52,215 nt of DNA, taken from assembly GCA_964419155.1 (NCBI GenBank), contig CAYQOK010000002.1, positions 7,705 to 59,919 on the forward strand, written 5' to 3'. The stretch's first letter is position 1. Each line of letters opens with the position of its first letter. Below are positions 1 to 10,353 of the stretch, one piece after another. The position numbers and the translations under genes were made by a program. The DNA comes from Candidatus Woesearchaeota archaeon (GTDB taxonomy: Archaea > Nanobdellota > Nanobdellia > Pacearchaeales > GW2011-AR1). Under the pieces are notes generated by a model. That model searched no databases and was not told where the DNA came from. It was given only the letters and a program-made list of their open reading frames with translations.

Positions 1-193
1 AGATTAGAAACTGTATAGATTTAAATGAATGTGGAACCATTACAGAAAAACCATTGCTTTCTAAAAGTTGCACCCCTAATCAAGATTGTATTGAAAATTG
101 GAATTGTACTAACTGGAGCTCTTGTATCAATGGAGAACAGATTAGAAACTGTATAGATTTAAATGAATGTGGAACCATTACAGAAAAACCATT
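1..193 (+). repeat. Tandem 138-bp coding repeat (nt 1-55 identical to nt 139-193)
   Basis: Direct reading shows agattagaaactgtatagatttaaatgaatgtggaaccattacagaaaaaccatt at both positions. The period is 138 nt, or 46 codons. Confidence 0.9.
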
Positions 194-806
194 CTTTAAA
201 AGAAAATGTACTAATCAACAAGAAAACTTTGAGGGATGTGAAGAATTTGGGATAAAGATTAATTGTTCACAAAAAAGTATAGAATCTGTATGGGACATTA
301 TTTTTAAGGAAAGTTCTAAAGAAATAATTATAGTCCCTAATGATTCCAACCAATTAGGATTAGAATATTGTGCTTCATACAAATCTATAGGAGATGAACT
401 GCTTATATTAGAAATTACATTATCAAACACTATCTACTCTTCAGAAATACGGGCCACCCAAGGAAAGGTTTCAGAAGATTCTATTAATGCAATTAAAGAA
501 GTTAATGGAACAAATGAATTCTATAAAATACTTCGGCTAATTAATGCAAAAGAAAAAGAAATCTCTTCTATAGATTCAGCAAAGATTGAATTTGATAACA
601 CATTCAAAATTTCTTCTGAAGATTGGAAAGAATTTAAAAATCAATATAATACAACTTTTTATTACTTCGGTATTGAACCTATGACTTCTTTTTATATCCC
701 CGACTATTCTACAGTTAACCCCCCTCCTAAAAGAGTAGAAACTGGAAAAGTGTATCAACTAATGGATTTAAAAGAATATAAATTAAACCTATTCTGTTTT
801 GAATAA
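1..806 (+). CDS. Cys-rich secreted/surface repeat protein (5-prime partial, open to window edge)
   Basis: The reading frame stays open from nt 3, so the TTG at 54 in the ORF track is probably internal. It carries tandem 46-aa Cys/Trp modules (W-x-C-x-x-W-S-x-C-x-N-G-x-Q-x-R-x-C-x-D-x-N-x-C-G), loosely TSP1-like. Confidence 0.6.
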   Translation, partial: IRNCIDLNECGTITEKPLLSKSCTPNQDCIENWNCTNWSSCINGEQIRNCIDLNECGTITEKPFFKRKCTNQQENFEGCEEFGIKINCSQKSIESVWDIIFKESSKEIIIVPNDSNQLGLEYCASYKSIGDELLILEITLSNTIYSSEIRATQGKVSEDSINAIKEVNGTNEFYKILRLINAKEKEISSIDSAKIEFDNTFKISSEDWKEFKNQYNTTFYYFGIEPMTSFYIPDYSTVNPPPKRVETGKVYQLMDLKEYKLNLFCFE

Positions 807-911
807 AGATAAGTATAGGGTTCTCTTAAAAGTTAAAGTAAATTTATTTAATTAATTCAGGTTATCAGAATATCAATAACTTTATTAAATCATTTTTCTG
901 TATATCTTAAT

Positions 912-986
912 GGTCCTGTAGCTCAGCCTGGTTAGAGCACCAGACTCTTAATCTGGGTGTCAGGGGTTCAAATCCCCTCAGGACCA
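912..986 (+). tRNA. tRNA-Lys (anticodon CUU)
   Basis: Folds by hand into a cloverleaf: acceptor GGTCCTG/CAGGACC, D arm GCTC/GAGC, anticodon arm CCAGA-CTCTTAA-TCTGG, T arm AGGGG-TTCAAAT-CCCCT, discriminator A. No CCA is encoded. Confidence 0.9.
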
Positions 987-1098
987 TAAATCTGATTAAT
1001 TTCAAAAACCTAAAAATCCACTTATAGCTAAGGCTTCTCTACTCAGATCATTTACTTATTATAAAAAGATTTTTATAACGAATAGATTTTAAAATATA

Positions 1099-1575
1099 AT
1101 GAAAAAAAGAGTTATTTTAATATTAATAATTATTTTTAATATTAGTTTTATAACTTCTTCAGAACCCATAATTAACCTGCCCCCTAAAATAATTAATTAT
1201 ACCTCTTTCTATGATGAAACTATTATTCAGGGCGATAATTTAACTTTTAATATATTTGCAACAGATAATGAAGATTTAGTTAATGATACATTAACTTATA
1301 AATGGTATTTAAATAATCTAGTAAAATCTTATGAAAATGTTTTTGAAATAAAAAATATTAGTTCAGGATTTCAAGAAATAAAGGTGGAAATTAGTGACGG
1401 AAATTTATCAATAAACCACAAATGGCAAATAAATGTAGCTACAAAAACCAAATATGAAATAAATAAAAAAGAGCCTTATTTCTTAATTCCCCCTTGGATG
1501 GGAATAGCAATAATAATTCTTTTAATACTAATAATTTTGTTTTATTATATTTTAAAAGAAATGAAAAAAGTTTAA
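1099..1575 (+). CDS. Membrane-anchored protein with a single Ig/PKD-like ectodomain
   Basis: Has an N-terminal hydrophobic signal, a beta-rich middle (LTYKWYLNN, EIKVEISDGN) and a C-terminal TM helix (GIAIIILLILIILFYYIL). Confidence 0.5.
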   Translation: MKKRVILILIIIFNISFITSSEPIINLPPKIINYTSFYDETIIQGDNLTFNIFATDNEDLVNDTLTYKWYLNNLVKSYENVFEIKNISSGFQEIKVEISDGNLSINHKWQINVATKTKYEINKKEPYFLIPPWMGIAIIILLILIILFYYILKEMKKV

Positions 1576-1581
1576 ACTATT

Positions 1582-2238
1582 ATGAATAATTCTAATATAA
1601 CCACCATAATTGAATCATTAAAAGAAAGTGTAAAAAACATAGAAGAAACAACATTAAACAAGAATTCAAAGAAATTTAATGAATTTCAAATGCTAATTGC
1701 ATGTATCATCTCATTACAAGCAAAAGATGAAAGTACAAAAGAAGCAGTAAAAAATTTATTTAAGTTAGGAAAATCACCTAAAGAAATTTTAAAAGTTCCA
1801 GACAAAAAAATTGAAAAAATATTATATAAAACAAGATTTAGGAAAAAGAAAACAAAAACAATTAAAAATATTTCAAAAATAATCTTAAAGAAATATAATA
1901 ATAAAGTACCTGATAATATTGATGAATTAATGTCTATAAAGGGTGTTGGCAAAAAAACAGCTAATATTGTTCTTTGTCTTTCATTTAATAAACCATTTAT
2001 TCCAGTTGATTCAAATATGCATAGAGTAATAAATAGAATAGGACTCTTTAAAAAAACAAAAAATCCAGAACAAACAGAAAAATTATTAATAAAAAATGTT
2101 CCTAAAACCTATTGGAAGGAATTAAACAGTATTTTTATGAGATTTGGAAAAAATTATTGCACTCCTATTTCTCCTTATTGTAGTAAATGTCCAATTAAGA
2201 AGAAATGTAAAAAAGTAAATGTAATCAAAAGCAGATAA
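1582..2238 (+). CDS. nth: Endonuclease III (HhH-GPD DNA glycosylase/AP lyase)
   Basis: Has the HhH motif LMSIKGVGKKTANIVL, a PVDSNMHRV segment and a C-terminal 4Fe-4S cluster loop C-x6-C-x2-C-x5-C (CTPISPYCSKCPIKKKC). Confidence 0.85.
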   Translation: MNNSNITTIIESLKESVKNIEETTLNKNSKKFNEFQMLIACIISLQAKDESTKEAVKNLFKLGKSPKEILKVPDKKIEKILYKTRFRKKKTKTIKNISKIILKKYNNKVPDNIDELMSIKGVGKKTANIVLCLSFNKPFIPVDSNMHRVINRIGLFKKTKNPEQTEKLLIKNVPKTYWKELNSIFMRFGKNYCTPISPYCSKCPIKKKCKKVNVIKSR

Positions 2239-2505
2239 TTAATTAATAATTCTTCTGATACTATCTATATGTTCTGCAATATCTTGACCTTTCTTTGTTA
2301 GTTTAATTAGTTTTATTCTTCCTTGTTTTTCAAAAACAACTAAATCTAACTTTTCCAATGTTTGCAAAATCTTAACTGCATGTGAATAAGTACAATCCAC
2401 TTCTTTTGCAAGAACAGAACCATATCTTGCTTTTGAAACCTTTTTAAGAGCAACCAACATTAATGATGGCTTTCTTCTAAAAAATATATCAAAGTTGTCT
2501 TTCAT
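2239..2505 (-). CDS. Small winged-helix transcriptional regulator
   Basis: An 88-aa protein with the pattern YGSVLAKEVDCTYSHAVKILQTLEKLDLVVFEKQGRIKLIKLTKKG, typical of an ArsR/MarR-like wHTH. Confidence 0.6.
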   Translation of the reverse strand: MKDNFDIFFRRKPSLMLVALKKVSKARYGSVLAKEVDCTYSHAVKILQTLEKLDLVVFEKQGRIKLIKLTKKGQDIAEHIDSIRRIIN

Positions 2506-2635
2506 TTGGTGATTTTATTGTGATTTATTTAAACTATATCCTTAAATCTATATATTAGATGATATAAAAGCAGCTTATAAAGTTTTCCCTCGTAAAATTC
2601 AACTAATCAGTAGTTAAAAGAACCAATCAAATTAA

Positions 2636-3286
2636 TTAACCAATAAATTTTTCACCAGTAAGCTCCTCATACATTGAAACATATCCCTTAGCTATTAGAT
2701 CTGTTAATGAACCTTTCATCTCAATAACTGTCAGACCATTAGAAATAGATTCTTTCATATACTCCCCGAGATCATCTGAAACCATTGCTAAAATAACCTC
2801 TTTTTTAGAAGTAATTACAGAAATATCAACAGAATCACTAAAGGATTTTTCAGTAAATATGTTTTTATTCACTATAGTAGAAGTATAATAATCTTCTCCT
2901 ACCTTAAATAATATCTTTGGATTTTTTCTAGATAAGGGATTATCATGGAGACATCCTGCACCAATAGCATATAACATATAATTAATATAAGTTTGGTTAA
3001 ACTCTTTTTCTGCCTTACTTAAAATTGATTCTAATGATAAATTATTATTTGTCAAATTGTCTTGATTAAGTTCTTTTAAAACACCATCCAGAGGATTATT
3101 TAAAATAATAGTATTATTAGTTTTTTCAAAAGAAGAAAAAATAATATGTCCTAAATAAAATAAAATAAATAAAAGAAAAAATATTAAAAAAGACTTGAAA
3201 AATAGTTTAAAATAATTTTTTCTTCTTTTTATAATCACCCCTGAATTAACCATAACAACATGAGGGCATTGGTATTTTAAAAACAT
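2636..3286 (-). CDS. Hypothetical membrane-anchored protein
   Basis: Long ORF with one N-terminal TM helix (LIFFLLFILFYLGHIIF). I recognise no motif, and the true start may be an internal Met. Confidence 0.45.
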   Translation of the reverse strand: MFLKYQCPHVVMVNSGVIIKRRKNYFKLFFKSFLIFFLLFILFYLGHIIFSSFEKTNNTIILNNPLDGVLKELNQDNLTNNNLSLESILSKAEKEFNQTYINYMLYAIGAGCLHDNPLSRKNPKILFKVGEDYYTSTIVNKNIFTEKSFSDSVDISVITSKKEVILAMVSDDLGEYMKESISNGLTVIEMKGSLTDLIAKGYVSMYEELTGEKFIG

Positions 3287-3341
3287 TTCTAAGAAAAGTT
3301 CAGATAAAAAGTTTTAAAAGATAAAAATACTTAAATAATTT

Positions 3342-4625
3342 ATGATAGATATAAAATTAATAAGAGAAAACCCTGATTTAGTTAAGGAAAACATAAAAAA
3401 GAAGTTTCAAGATGAAAAAATCCCTTTAATAGATAAAATAAAAAAACTTGACGAAGATTGGAGAAAATTAAAATATCAAGCAGATAATTTAAGATCTGAA
3501 AGAAACAAAATTTCAATAGCTATAAGCGAAGCTAAAAAATCAGAAAATAGTTCTAAAGCTAATGAACTATTAGAACATGCAAAACAAATACCTAATGAAC
3601 TTGAGAAAATTCAACAAAAAGAACAAAAATTAGAAAAACAAATTAATGAATTAATGTTTCAAATTCCAAACATAATACATAAATCAGTTCCAATTGGAAA
3701 AGATGATTCAGAAAATGTTGAACTTAAAAAAATAGGAACTCCCAAAGTTCCAGATTATCCCATAAACCACCATTCAAGAACAATTGAATCACTTGGTGGT
3801 GTTGATTTTGATTCTGCAAGGGAGACTTCTGGAAATGGATTTTATTTTATAACTGGAAAAATAGCAATATTACACTCTGCACTACTAGCATTAGCAAGAG
3901 ATTTAATGATACAACAAGATTTCGAATATGTTATTCCTCCATTTATGATAAGAAAAAAAGTTGTAGAGGGGGTCATGTCTTTTACTGATATGAACAATAT
4001 GATGTATAAAATAGAAGGAGAAGACCTTTATCTAATAGGAACCTCAGAACATTCGATGATAGGACGATTTATAGATAAAACATTAAACAAAAAAGAAATT
4101 CCAATAAAACTAACAAGTTATTCTCCTTGTTTTAGAAAAGAAGTAGGTTCACATGGGCTAGAAGAAAAAGGATTTTATAGATTACACCAATTTGAAAAAC
4201 AAGAAATGATTATAATTTGCGAACCTGAAGAATCTTATGAATGGTATAATAAAATGCTCCAGTATAGTATTGATTTATTTAAATCTCTTGAAATTCCAGT
4301 AAGAGTGTTAGAGTGTTGTTCAGGAGATTTAGCAGATTTAAAAGCAAAATCTTGCGATTTAGAAGCTTGGTCTCCGAGACAAAAAAAATATTTTGAAGTT
4401 GGTTCACTTACAAATATGGAAGAAGCACAAGCAAGAAGATTAAATATAAAAATTAATTCTCCAAAAGGAAATTATTATGCCCATACTTTAAACAATACTG
4501 TTTTAGCATCTCCAAGAGTAATAATTGCATTTATAGAAAACCATCAACAAAAAGATGGTTCAATAAAAATTCCAAAAGTACTCTGGAAGTACACTGGATT
4601 TAAAGAAATTAAACCGAAAAGATAA
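3342..4625 (+). CDS. serS: Seryl-tRNA synthetase
   Basis: Starts with the MIDIKLIRENPD N-terminal coiled-coil arm. Class II motifs are present (TSEHSMIG, SPCFRKEVGSHG, HTLNNTVLASPR). Confidence 0.95.
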   Translation: MIDIKLIRENPDLVKENIKKKFQDEKIPLIDKIKKLDEDWRKLKYQADNLRSERNKISIAISEAKKSENSSKANELLEHAKQIPNELEKIQQKEQKLEKQINELMFQIPNIIHKSVPIGKDDSENVELKKIGTPKVPDYPINHHSRTIESLGGVDFDSARETSGNGFYFITGKIAILHSALLALARDLMIQQDFEYVIPPFMIRKKVVEGVMSFTDMNNMMYKIEGEDLYLIGTSEHSMIGRFIDKTLNKKEIPIKLTSYSPCFRKEVGSHGLEEKGFYRLHQFEKQEMIIICEPEESYEWYNKMLQYSIDLFKSLEIPVRVLECCSGDLADLKAKSCDLEAWSPRQKKYFEVGSLTNMEEAQARRLNIKINSPKGNYYAHTLNNTVLASPRVIIAFIENHQQKDGSIKIPKVLWKYTGFKEIKPKR

Positions 4626-4732
4626 ATAAAAAATAATTTAAACCTTCTTTTTCTTTAAGATTAATAAATCCTTGTAACTATTAAAAAAAGATATTTTAAA
4701 AACAATATAAACTAATTAGAACATAATTAAAC

Positions 4733-5359
4733 ATGGAAAATAAAGAATCTAAAAAAACAATAGAAAAAATAAAAATATTAGCAGCAGGAGACATACACGG
4801 AGATTCAAAAAGTTGTCAAAGATTAGCAAGAAAAGCAGAAAAAGAAAATGTGGACTTAGTAATTTTAACAGGTGATTTAATAGGGCTTTTTGAAACAAAA
4901 GAAATAATAAAACCGTTTTTAAGTAAAAATAAAAAAGTTATTTTTGTTCCGGGAAATTGGGAATCCAGAGAAGATGCTGAAGAAATAAGTAAAAAGTATA
5001 ATATAAAAAACATTGAAGACCATTATTTAATTTATAAAAATACAGGGATTTTTGGAATTGGATTAGCAGATTGGAAGATAGGAAACCAAAAAGAAGGTGT
5101 TTTTGAAAAACTGAAAAGAGAAAATGAAAAATTAAAAAATCTTGAAAAAAGAATTTTAGTTAGCCACCACCATGCAGCAGGAACCAAATCAGAATTATCT
5201 GGATTTAAAGGAGATTTAGAATTAAGGAAGGCAATAGATAAATTACAACCAGATTTATTTATTTCAGGACACATTCATGAATTAGAGGGTGTTGAAGAAA
5301 AGATAGGAAAAACAAGAGTTATAAATGTAGGAAGAAAGGGAAAAATAATTGAATTATAA
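4733..5359 (+). CDS. Calcineurin-like metallophosphoesterase
   Basis: Motifs GDIHG, TGDL, PGNWE and SGHIHE occur in the canonical order. Confidence 0.8.
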   Translation: MENKESKKTIEKIKILAAGDIHGDSKSCQRLARKAEKENVDLVILTGDLIGLFETKEIIKPFLSKNKKVIFVPGNWESREDAEEISKKYNIKNIEDHYLIYKNTGIFGIGLADWKIGNQKEGVFEKLKRENEKLKNLEKRILVSHHHAAGTKSELSGFKGDLELRKAIDKLQPDLFISGHIHELEGVEEKIGKTRVINVGRKGKIIEL

Positions 5360-7613
5360 AATGCAGAAAAAAACAATTAATCAAAAACAGGATTTTATGA
5401 GTATAACAAAAGCAAAAGTTACCTATGAAGTTGAATCTCCAAAAAAACCCGCCTTAGAACAAATACAAAAAATAGAAAAAAAAGGAATTAAAAAAAACAC
5501 AAGAAAAGCAAAAACAACTAAAGAACCTAAAATAAAAAAAGAATATACTCTTATTGTTACTGAAAAACCTCAGGCAGCTACAAAAATTGCAAATGCACTC
5601 TCAAACGGAGACTACAGGGAATTAATTGATTCTGGAATAAGAAGTTATTTATTTGAGAAAAATAATAAAAAAATAATTGTTGCGTGTGCAGTAGGTCATT
5701 TATTTGGATTATCTCAAGATGAAAAGGGTGCCCATTATCCTATTTTCAATATTTCATGGAAACCTAACTTTAAGATAAGAAAAAAAGATTTTACAAAAAG
5801 ATATTATGATGTTTTAAGTAGATTAGTAAAAAAATCAAATGAAATAATTATAGCAACAGATTATGATACTGAGGGAGAAGTCATTGGATATAATATTGTT
5901 AGATTCATTGCCCATGAACCTGATGCAAAAAGAATGAAGTTTTCTTCACTAACAAAAGAAGAATTAGAGCAAGCATATCAAAATGTCCATCCAAAAATAG
6001 ATTGGGGTCAAGCAATAGCAGGAGAAACAAGACATTACATTGATTGGTATTATGGAATAAATCTGTCAAGAGCATTAATGAACTCTGTAAAGTCAACAGG
6101 AAAATTTAAAATAATGAGTATTGGAAGAATACAGGGCCCAACACTAAAACTTATTGTAGATAAAGAAAAAGAAATAAAAAAATTTGAGCCACAGGCATTT
6201 TGGAGAGTCTACATCAATATAGTAGAAAAAAAAGACAAGAAAAATAAATTAAAATTAAAATATATAAAAGATATTACAAAAAAAGATGATTTAAGAATGT
6301 TCGAAGAATTAAAAGGAGAAACAGCAGAAGTATCAACAAAGAAAACTCAACAAACAATTATTCCCCCTCCACCTTTCGACCTAACTTCACTACAAACAGA
6401 AGCATATAAATTTTTTTCAATTAACCCTGCAAGAACATTAGAAATTGCTCAAAGACTTTATTTAACAGGACTTATATCTTATCCAAGAACAAATAGCCAA
6501 AAAATACCAGATTCAGTTAATCCACAGCAAATTCTTAAAAAATTAATGAAATATTATCCGCAAATTCAAAAAATAACAAAAACTAAACCCATTGAAGGAA
6601 AAAAATCAGATCCTGCACACCCTAGTATAATGCCCACAGGAGAACTTCAAAACCTCCAAGGAGAAGAAGAAAAAATATATGATTTAATTGCAAGAAGATT
6701 TATCTCTTGTTTCTCAGATAATGCAAAAGTAGAAAACAAAACAATTACAGCTGTAACAAAATCAAAAAATCAACCAGAAAAAGAATTAACTTTCAAAGCA
6801 AGAGGATTAGAAATTAAAGAAAAAGGATGGATGGATATCTATAAAACTAAATTAAATGAAAAAGAGATTAAAGATATGGATGGTATTGCAGATATTAAAA
6901 AAGTAATTATAGAAGAAGATGAAACAAAACCCCCTAGAAGATATTCTCCTGCATCAATAATCTCAGAATTAGAAAAAAGAGACCTTGGAACCAAGGCAAC
7001 AAGAGCTGGAATATTAGAAACTCTTTATAAAAGAGATTATGTGAGGGGACAAAAATCAATTGAAGCTACACCAATTGGATTAAGATTAATTGAAAGTTTA
7101 GAAAAATATTCTCCAATTATCGTAGATGAAGAACTAACAAAAACAATGGAAAAAGATACTGAAAAAATAAGGGAATCTACAAAAGAATTAGAAAAAAAAC
7201 AAGAATTAATTTTGATAAAAGCAAGAAAAGCAGTTGAGATGATTTCACAAGACTTTCATAAAAATGAGGAAAAAATAGGAAAAGACATAATTAATGCAAA
7301 TGAAGAACTATGGAAACAACAAGAAATTGAAAATGAGTTATTTGAATGTCCTGTATGTAAAAAAGGAAAATTAACAATAAAATACTCTCCAAAAGTAAAA
7401 AAATACTTTGTAGCCTGTAATGCATATCCAAATTGCAAAACAACATTTTCACTTCCTCCAAACGGAAATTTTAAAAAAACAGATAAGATATGTGAAAAGT
7501 GTGGTTTCCGGATGTTAATGTCCTTAAAAAAAGGGAAAAAACCATGGATATTTTGTTTTAATCCAAAATGTTGGGAAAAAGAAAAAACAGAAGAAAGCTC
7601 TGGAGAAGAATAA
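5349..7613 (+). CDS. topA: Type IA DNA topoisomerase (archaeal TopA/Topo III-like) with C-terminal zinc ribbons
   Basis: Has a Toprim start LIVTEKPQAA, DYDTEGE, the active-site region ISYPRTNSQ and C-terminal CPVC...C...C zinc fingers. A Lys-rich extension of about 65 aa precedes Toprim, and the start is uncertain. Confidence 0.9.
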   Translation: MNYKMQKKTINQKQDFMSITKAKVTYEVESPKKPALEQIQKIEKKGIKKNTRKAKTTKEPKIKKEYTLIVTEKPQAATKIANALSNGDYRELIDSGIRSYLFEKNNKKIIVACAVGHLFGLSQDEKGAHYPIFNISWKPNFKIRKKDFTKRYYDVLSRLVKKSNEIIIATDYDTEGEVIGYNIVRFIAHEPDAKRMKFSSLTKEELEQAYQNVHPKIDWGQAIAGETRHYIDWYYGINLSRALMNSVKSTGKFKIMSIGRIQGPTLKLIVDKEKEIKKFEPQAFWRVYINIVEKKDKKNKLKLKYIKDITKKDDLRMFEELKGETAEVSTKKTQQTIIPPPPFDLTSLQTEAYKFFSINPARTLEIAQRLYLTGLISYPRTNSQKIPDSVNPQQILKKLMKYYPQIQKITKTKPIEGKKSDPAHPSIMPTGELQNLQGEEEKIYDLIARRFISCFSDNAKVENKTITAVTKSKNQPEKELTFKARGLEIKEKGWMDIYKTKLNEKEIKDMDGIADIKKVIIEEDETKPPRRYSPASIISELEKRDLGTKATRAGILETLYKRDYVRGQKSIEATPIGLRLIESLEKYSPIIVDEELTKTMEKDTEKIRESTKELEKKQELILIKARKAVEMISQDFHKNEEKIGKDIINANEELWKQQEIENELFECPVCKKGKLTIKYSPKVKKYFVACNAYPNCKTTFSLPPNGNFKKTDKICEKCGFRMLMSLKKGKKPWIFCFNPKCWEKEKTEESSGEE

Positions 7614-7615
7614 GA

Positions 7616-8350
7616 TTATAACCAACCTTTTTTTCTAATACCCTGATTAACAATTTCAAAATTCATTTCTTTTTGAGGCAAACTCCTATGTTTTTTTAAA
7701 ATAATCTTTCTTTTCCCACTATTATTTTGTAATTCAATAATACATTTGCTCCAATACTTTAGTATATCCCCTCCAACCATTTTTACTTCTTTTTCAATAT
7801 GAATATTACTTAAATCAGAATTTCTAAAATCAATAAAATCTGAATAAACCTGATTAGTAATAATTACGGGTATATTTTGTTTTCTTGAAATCTCTGATAA
7901 AATCCTTAATTGATGAGCAAGTTTTGAATTAACTGATTTAATTTTTTCAATATCTTTTTTTGCCTCAGCAAGCTCTAATCTGTAAAGCATAGTAATTCCA
8001 TCAACAATAATCAACCCTATATTTGATTTAGTTTTCAGCTCTTTTAATAACTGAATAAAAGATTTATCTTGTTCACTAAAATTAGTTGGCTTAAGAATAA
8101 GGACATTCTCCAAAAAATTCTTCCATCCTTCTCCTGTTATTTGTTTAAACCTCTCTGTAGAAAAACCGCCTTCAGTATCAATAAAAATAATCTTATTTCC
8201 TTTTTTTGCCTGACTAACACAAGCAAGCATACACAAATTTGTTTTTCCAGAACCGGCAGGACCATAAGTAGTAGTTATGATATCTGAATCATAACCCCCA
8301 AAAAGCCATTTATTTAAATCATAACTTCCACTAGATATTTTATTTGTCAT
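7616..8350 (-). CDS. radB: RadB-type RecA-family ATPase
   Basis: Has Walker A GPAGSGKT, then IDTEGGFSTERF and a Walker B-like LIIVDGI. Its size is typical of archaeal RadB. Confidence 0.75.
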   Translation of the reverse strand: MTNKISSGSYDLNKWLFGGYDSDIITTTYGPAGSGKTNLCMLACVSQAKKGNKIIFIDTEGGFSTERFKQITGEGWKNFLENVLILKPTNFSEQDKSFIQLLKELKTKSNIGLIIVDGITMLYRLELAEAKKDIEKIKSVNSKLAHQLRILSEISRKQNIPVIITNQVYSDFIDFRNSDLSNIHIEKEVKMVGGDILKYWSKCIIELQNNSGKRKIILKKHRSLPQKEMNFEIVNQGIRKKGWL

Positions 8351-8392
8351 AAGATTTAAAGTAATTAATCAGTTATAAGAATTATGGTAAAA

Positions 8393-8662
8393 TTAAGCTT
8401 TTAGTTCTTTTTTAAAATCATCAGATAATTTCAAAAGTTCTTTTTCAATTAAACTAATAGTAGAATCAATTATCTTTTTAGGATCTTTTCCACTTGTTTT
8501 AATTTCAAAGATAACAGGATTATCTGGATGTTGTCTTTTCCACGCAGCAAATTCAACATCAGAATCTCTATTTAAATAAACTCTTAAAAGTTCAGCAATT
8601 GTTTGATTATCTAATTCTACAACTAAATTATTCTTTTCATCTTTAATAACTTTAATTTCCAT
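8393..8662 (-). CDS. rpoL: DNA-directed RNA polymerase subunit L (Rpo11)
   Basis: An 89-aa protein matching the RpoL pattern: ELDNQTIAELLRVYL...VEFAAWKRQHP....F.IKT. Confidence 0.8.
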   Translation of the reverse strand: MEIKVIKDEKNNLVVELDNQTIAELLRVYLNRDSDVEFAAWKRQHPDNPVIFEIKTSGKDPKKIIDSTISLIEKELLKLSDDFKKELKA

Positions 8663-8746
8663 AAATTAAAGCATAATAAAGAGTTTATAAAACTTATGTT
8701 TAAACATTAATTTAAAAAATTCATAATTTTGGAAATTCAAAAATGA

Positions 8747-9628
8747 CTAATCTTCAACTAATTCGATATCTTTTCCAAGCAAATCTTCTGATTCTTTTTT
8801 TTCTTTTTCTTTTTTCTTTTTTAATAAATCATAAATACTAGGAACTTCTTTATCAGGAAACGGTTTAGAGATATTATCACTTTTAAAATTAGTGAGATTT
8901 TCTCCTTTATTCTTCTCAGTTCCAAAATCTTCTACTTGTTCTCTCCCGACCTCTTCTGAAGTTTTTTTATTAAAACTTTCATCAATTCTTTTTTGCATAT
9001 CTCTTAAATCTGCTATTGTTATCTTCTCCGTATCTTTTTTCTTAAAACTAAGATTTTTTAAAAGACTTTTTGGTTTTTGAGAATCACTATCTTTTGTTGA
9101 ATTTAATAAATATTTTTCAGATTCAGGAAGTTTACTAACTAAAAGTTTAATTTGAAAAAATTGTTCTAATTTTTTAAGTAAAAAGATATAACCCTCAGGG
9201 AACATATTTCTTTCAATAAATTTAATTGCAGTTTCGCTTTCTCCAATGTTCATTGCTAACTGAGCCTGAGAAAGTCCTTTTTTTCTTCTTTGATTTTGCA
9301 CAATCCAATAACAATTTTTAACAGGAGTAAAAAAATTAGTCTGATTATTTTGAGATATAATTTTAGAAGAATATTCCTTATCTAAACTATTTTCTTTTTT
9401 TAAAAAATCATTTGAAGAAATTGCTTTTAATCTTTGATAAACTCTCGTGTTTTTTTCAGAATCTTTTAACTGATCTATTGAAGGAATTTTAATTAAAAGA
9501 ATATTATCTTTTTCTGCACAAGCTTCACAAACTAAAACAGGTTCATTTATATAAATTCCATCAAAAAGAATAACCTCTTCTTCAGATTTTAAACATTTAA
9601 AACAATATCTCATATAAAACCAAATCAA
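8747..9628 (-). CDS. Zn-ribbon plus XRE-type HTH protein (MBF1-like) with Lys/Glu-rich tail
   Basis: Has N-terminal CFKC...CEAC, the HTH segment KKGLSQAQLAMNIGESETAIKFIERN, and a low-complexity charged C-terminus. The likely start is the internal MRYCFKC. Confidence 0.6.
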   Translation of the reverse strand: MIWFYMRYCFKCLKSEEEVILFDGIYINEPVLVCEACAEKDNILLIKIPSIDQLKDSEKNTRVYQRLKAISSNDFLKKENSLDKEYSSKIISQNNQTNFFTPVKNCYWIVQNQRRKKGLSQAQLAMNIGESETAIKFIERNMFPEGYIFLLKKLEQFFQIKLLVSKLPESEKYLLNSTKDSDSQKPKSLLKNLSFKKKDTEKITIADLRDMQKRIDESFNKKTSEEVGREQVEDFGTEKNKGENLTNFKSDNISKPFPDKEVPSIYDLLKKKKEKEKKESEDLLGKDIELVED

Positions 9629-9665
9629 TATTTGTTTTTAGATATTTCTATGATTAAAAACAATA

Positions 9666-10316
9666 TTAATTCAAAAGATTTTCTATATTTTCTAAATCAG
9701 AAATATCAAAAATAGTTTGATTTTCATTAACCAAAATAGCAGGAGAACTTTTAATATCATACTCGTTCATTAAAAAGGATATTGAATTAATGTCTAAATT
9801 ACTTGCAATTGGAATTAATATAAGAGAATTTCCTTTTTTTTGTTTTAGTTCAAATAGATATTTTGAAAAAACAGCTTGTTTTGCTTTTATTTCTGAAGAT
9901 TCAGTTTGATATTCATAAAAATAAACAATTGCATTAAAATCAGCATCACATTTTTGTTTAATGCTCAATAAATTTAACCAAAGAATAGTCCTTAAAAGAT
10001 CATATTTTTTATGTTGAAAAACTAACTCTTTTGTTAGTTTAGAAGAAGATTCATAAAGCTCTAATTGTTTTGCCTCTTCATAAACTCTATCTGCAAAATT
10101 AATAGATTCAGATTTAGCATAATCACAATTAAAATCATCTAAAGAAAAAATTTCTTGCTGAATCTTAATATCTAAAAGATCTAATTCAGATTCTTGGTAA
10201 TTTTCAAAAACTTTTTCAGTCCTATTAGACTCTAATAAATATCCTAGAAAGATACCTGATAGAAAAATAAAAATAGAGATTAAAAACGCTTCCCAAAACA
10301 CATTTTTTTGAACCAT
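9666..10316 (-). CDS. Hypothetical membrane-anchored protein
   Basis: Has an N-terminal TM helix (AFLISIFIFLSGIFLGYLL). It sits directly downstream of the GT2 gene on the same strand. Confidence 0.45.
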   Translation of the reverse strand: MVQKNVFWEAFLISIFIFLSGIFLGYLLESNRTEKVFENYQESELDLLDIKIQQEIFSLDDFNCDYAKSESINFADRVYEEAKQLELYESSSKLTKELVFQHKKYDLLRTILWLNLLSIKQKCDADFNAIVYFYEYQTESSEIKAKQAVFSKYLFELKQKKGNSLILIPIASNLDINSISFLMNEYDIKSSPAILVNENQTIFDISDLENIENLLN

Positions 10317-10353
10317 TAAATAATCATAAAATTAATTTATATAAACCTTACTA

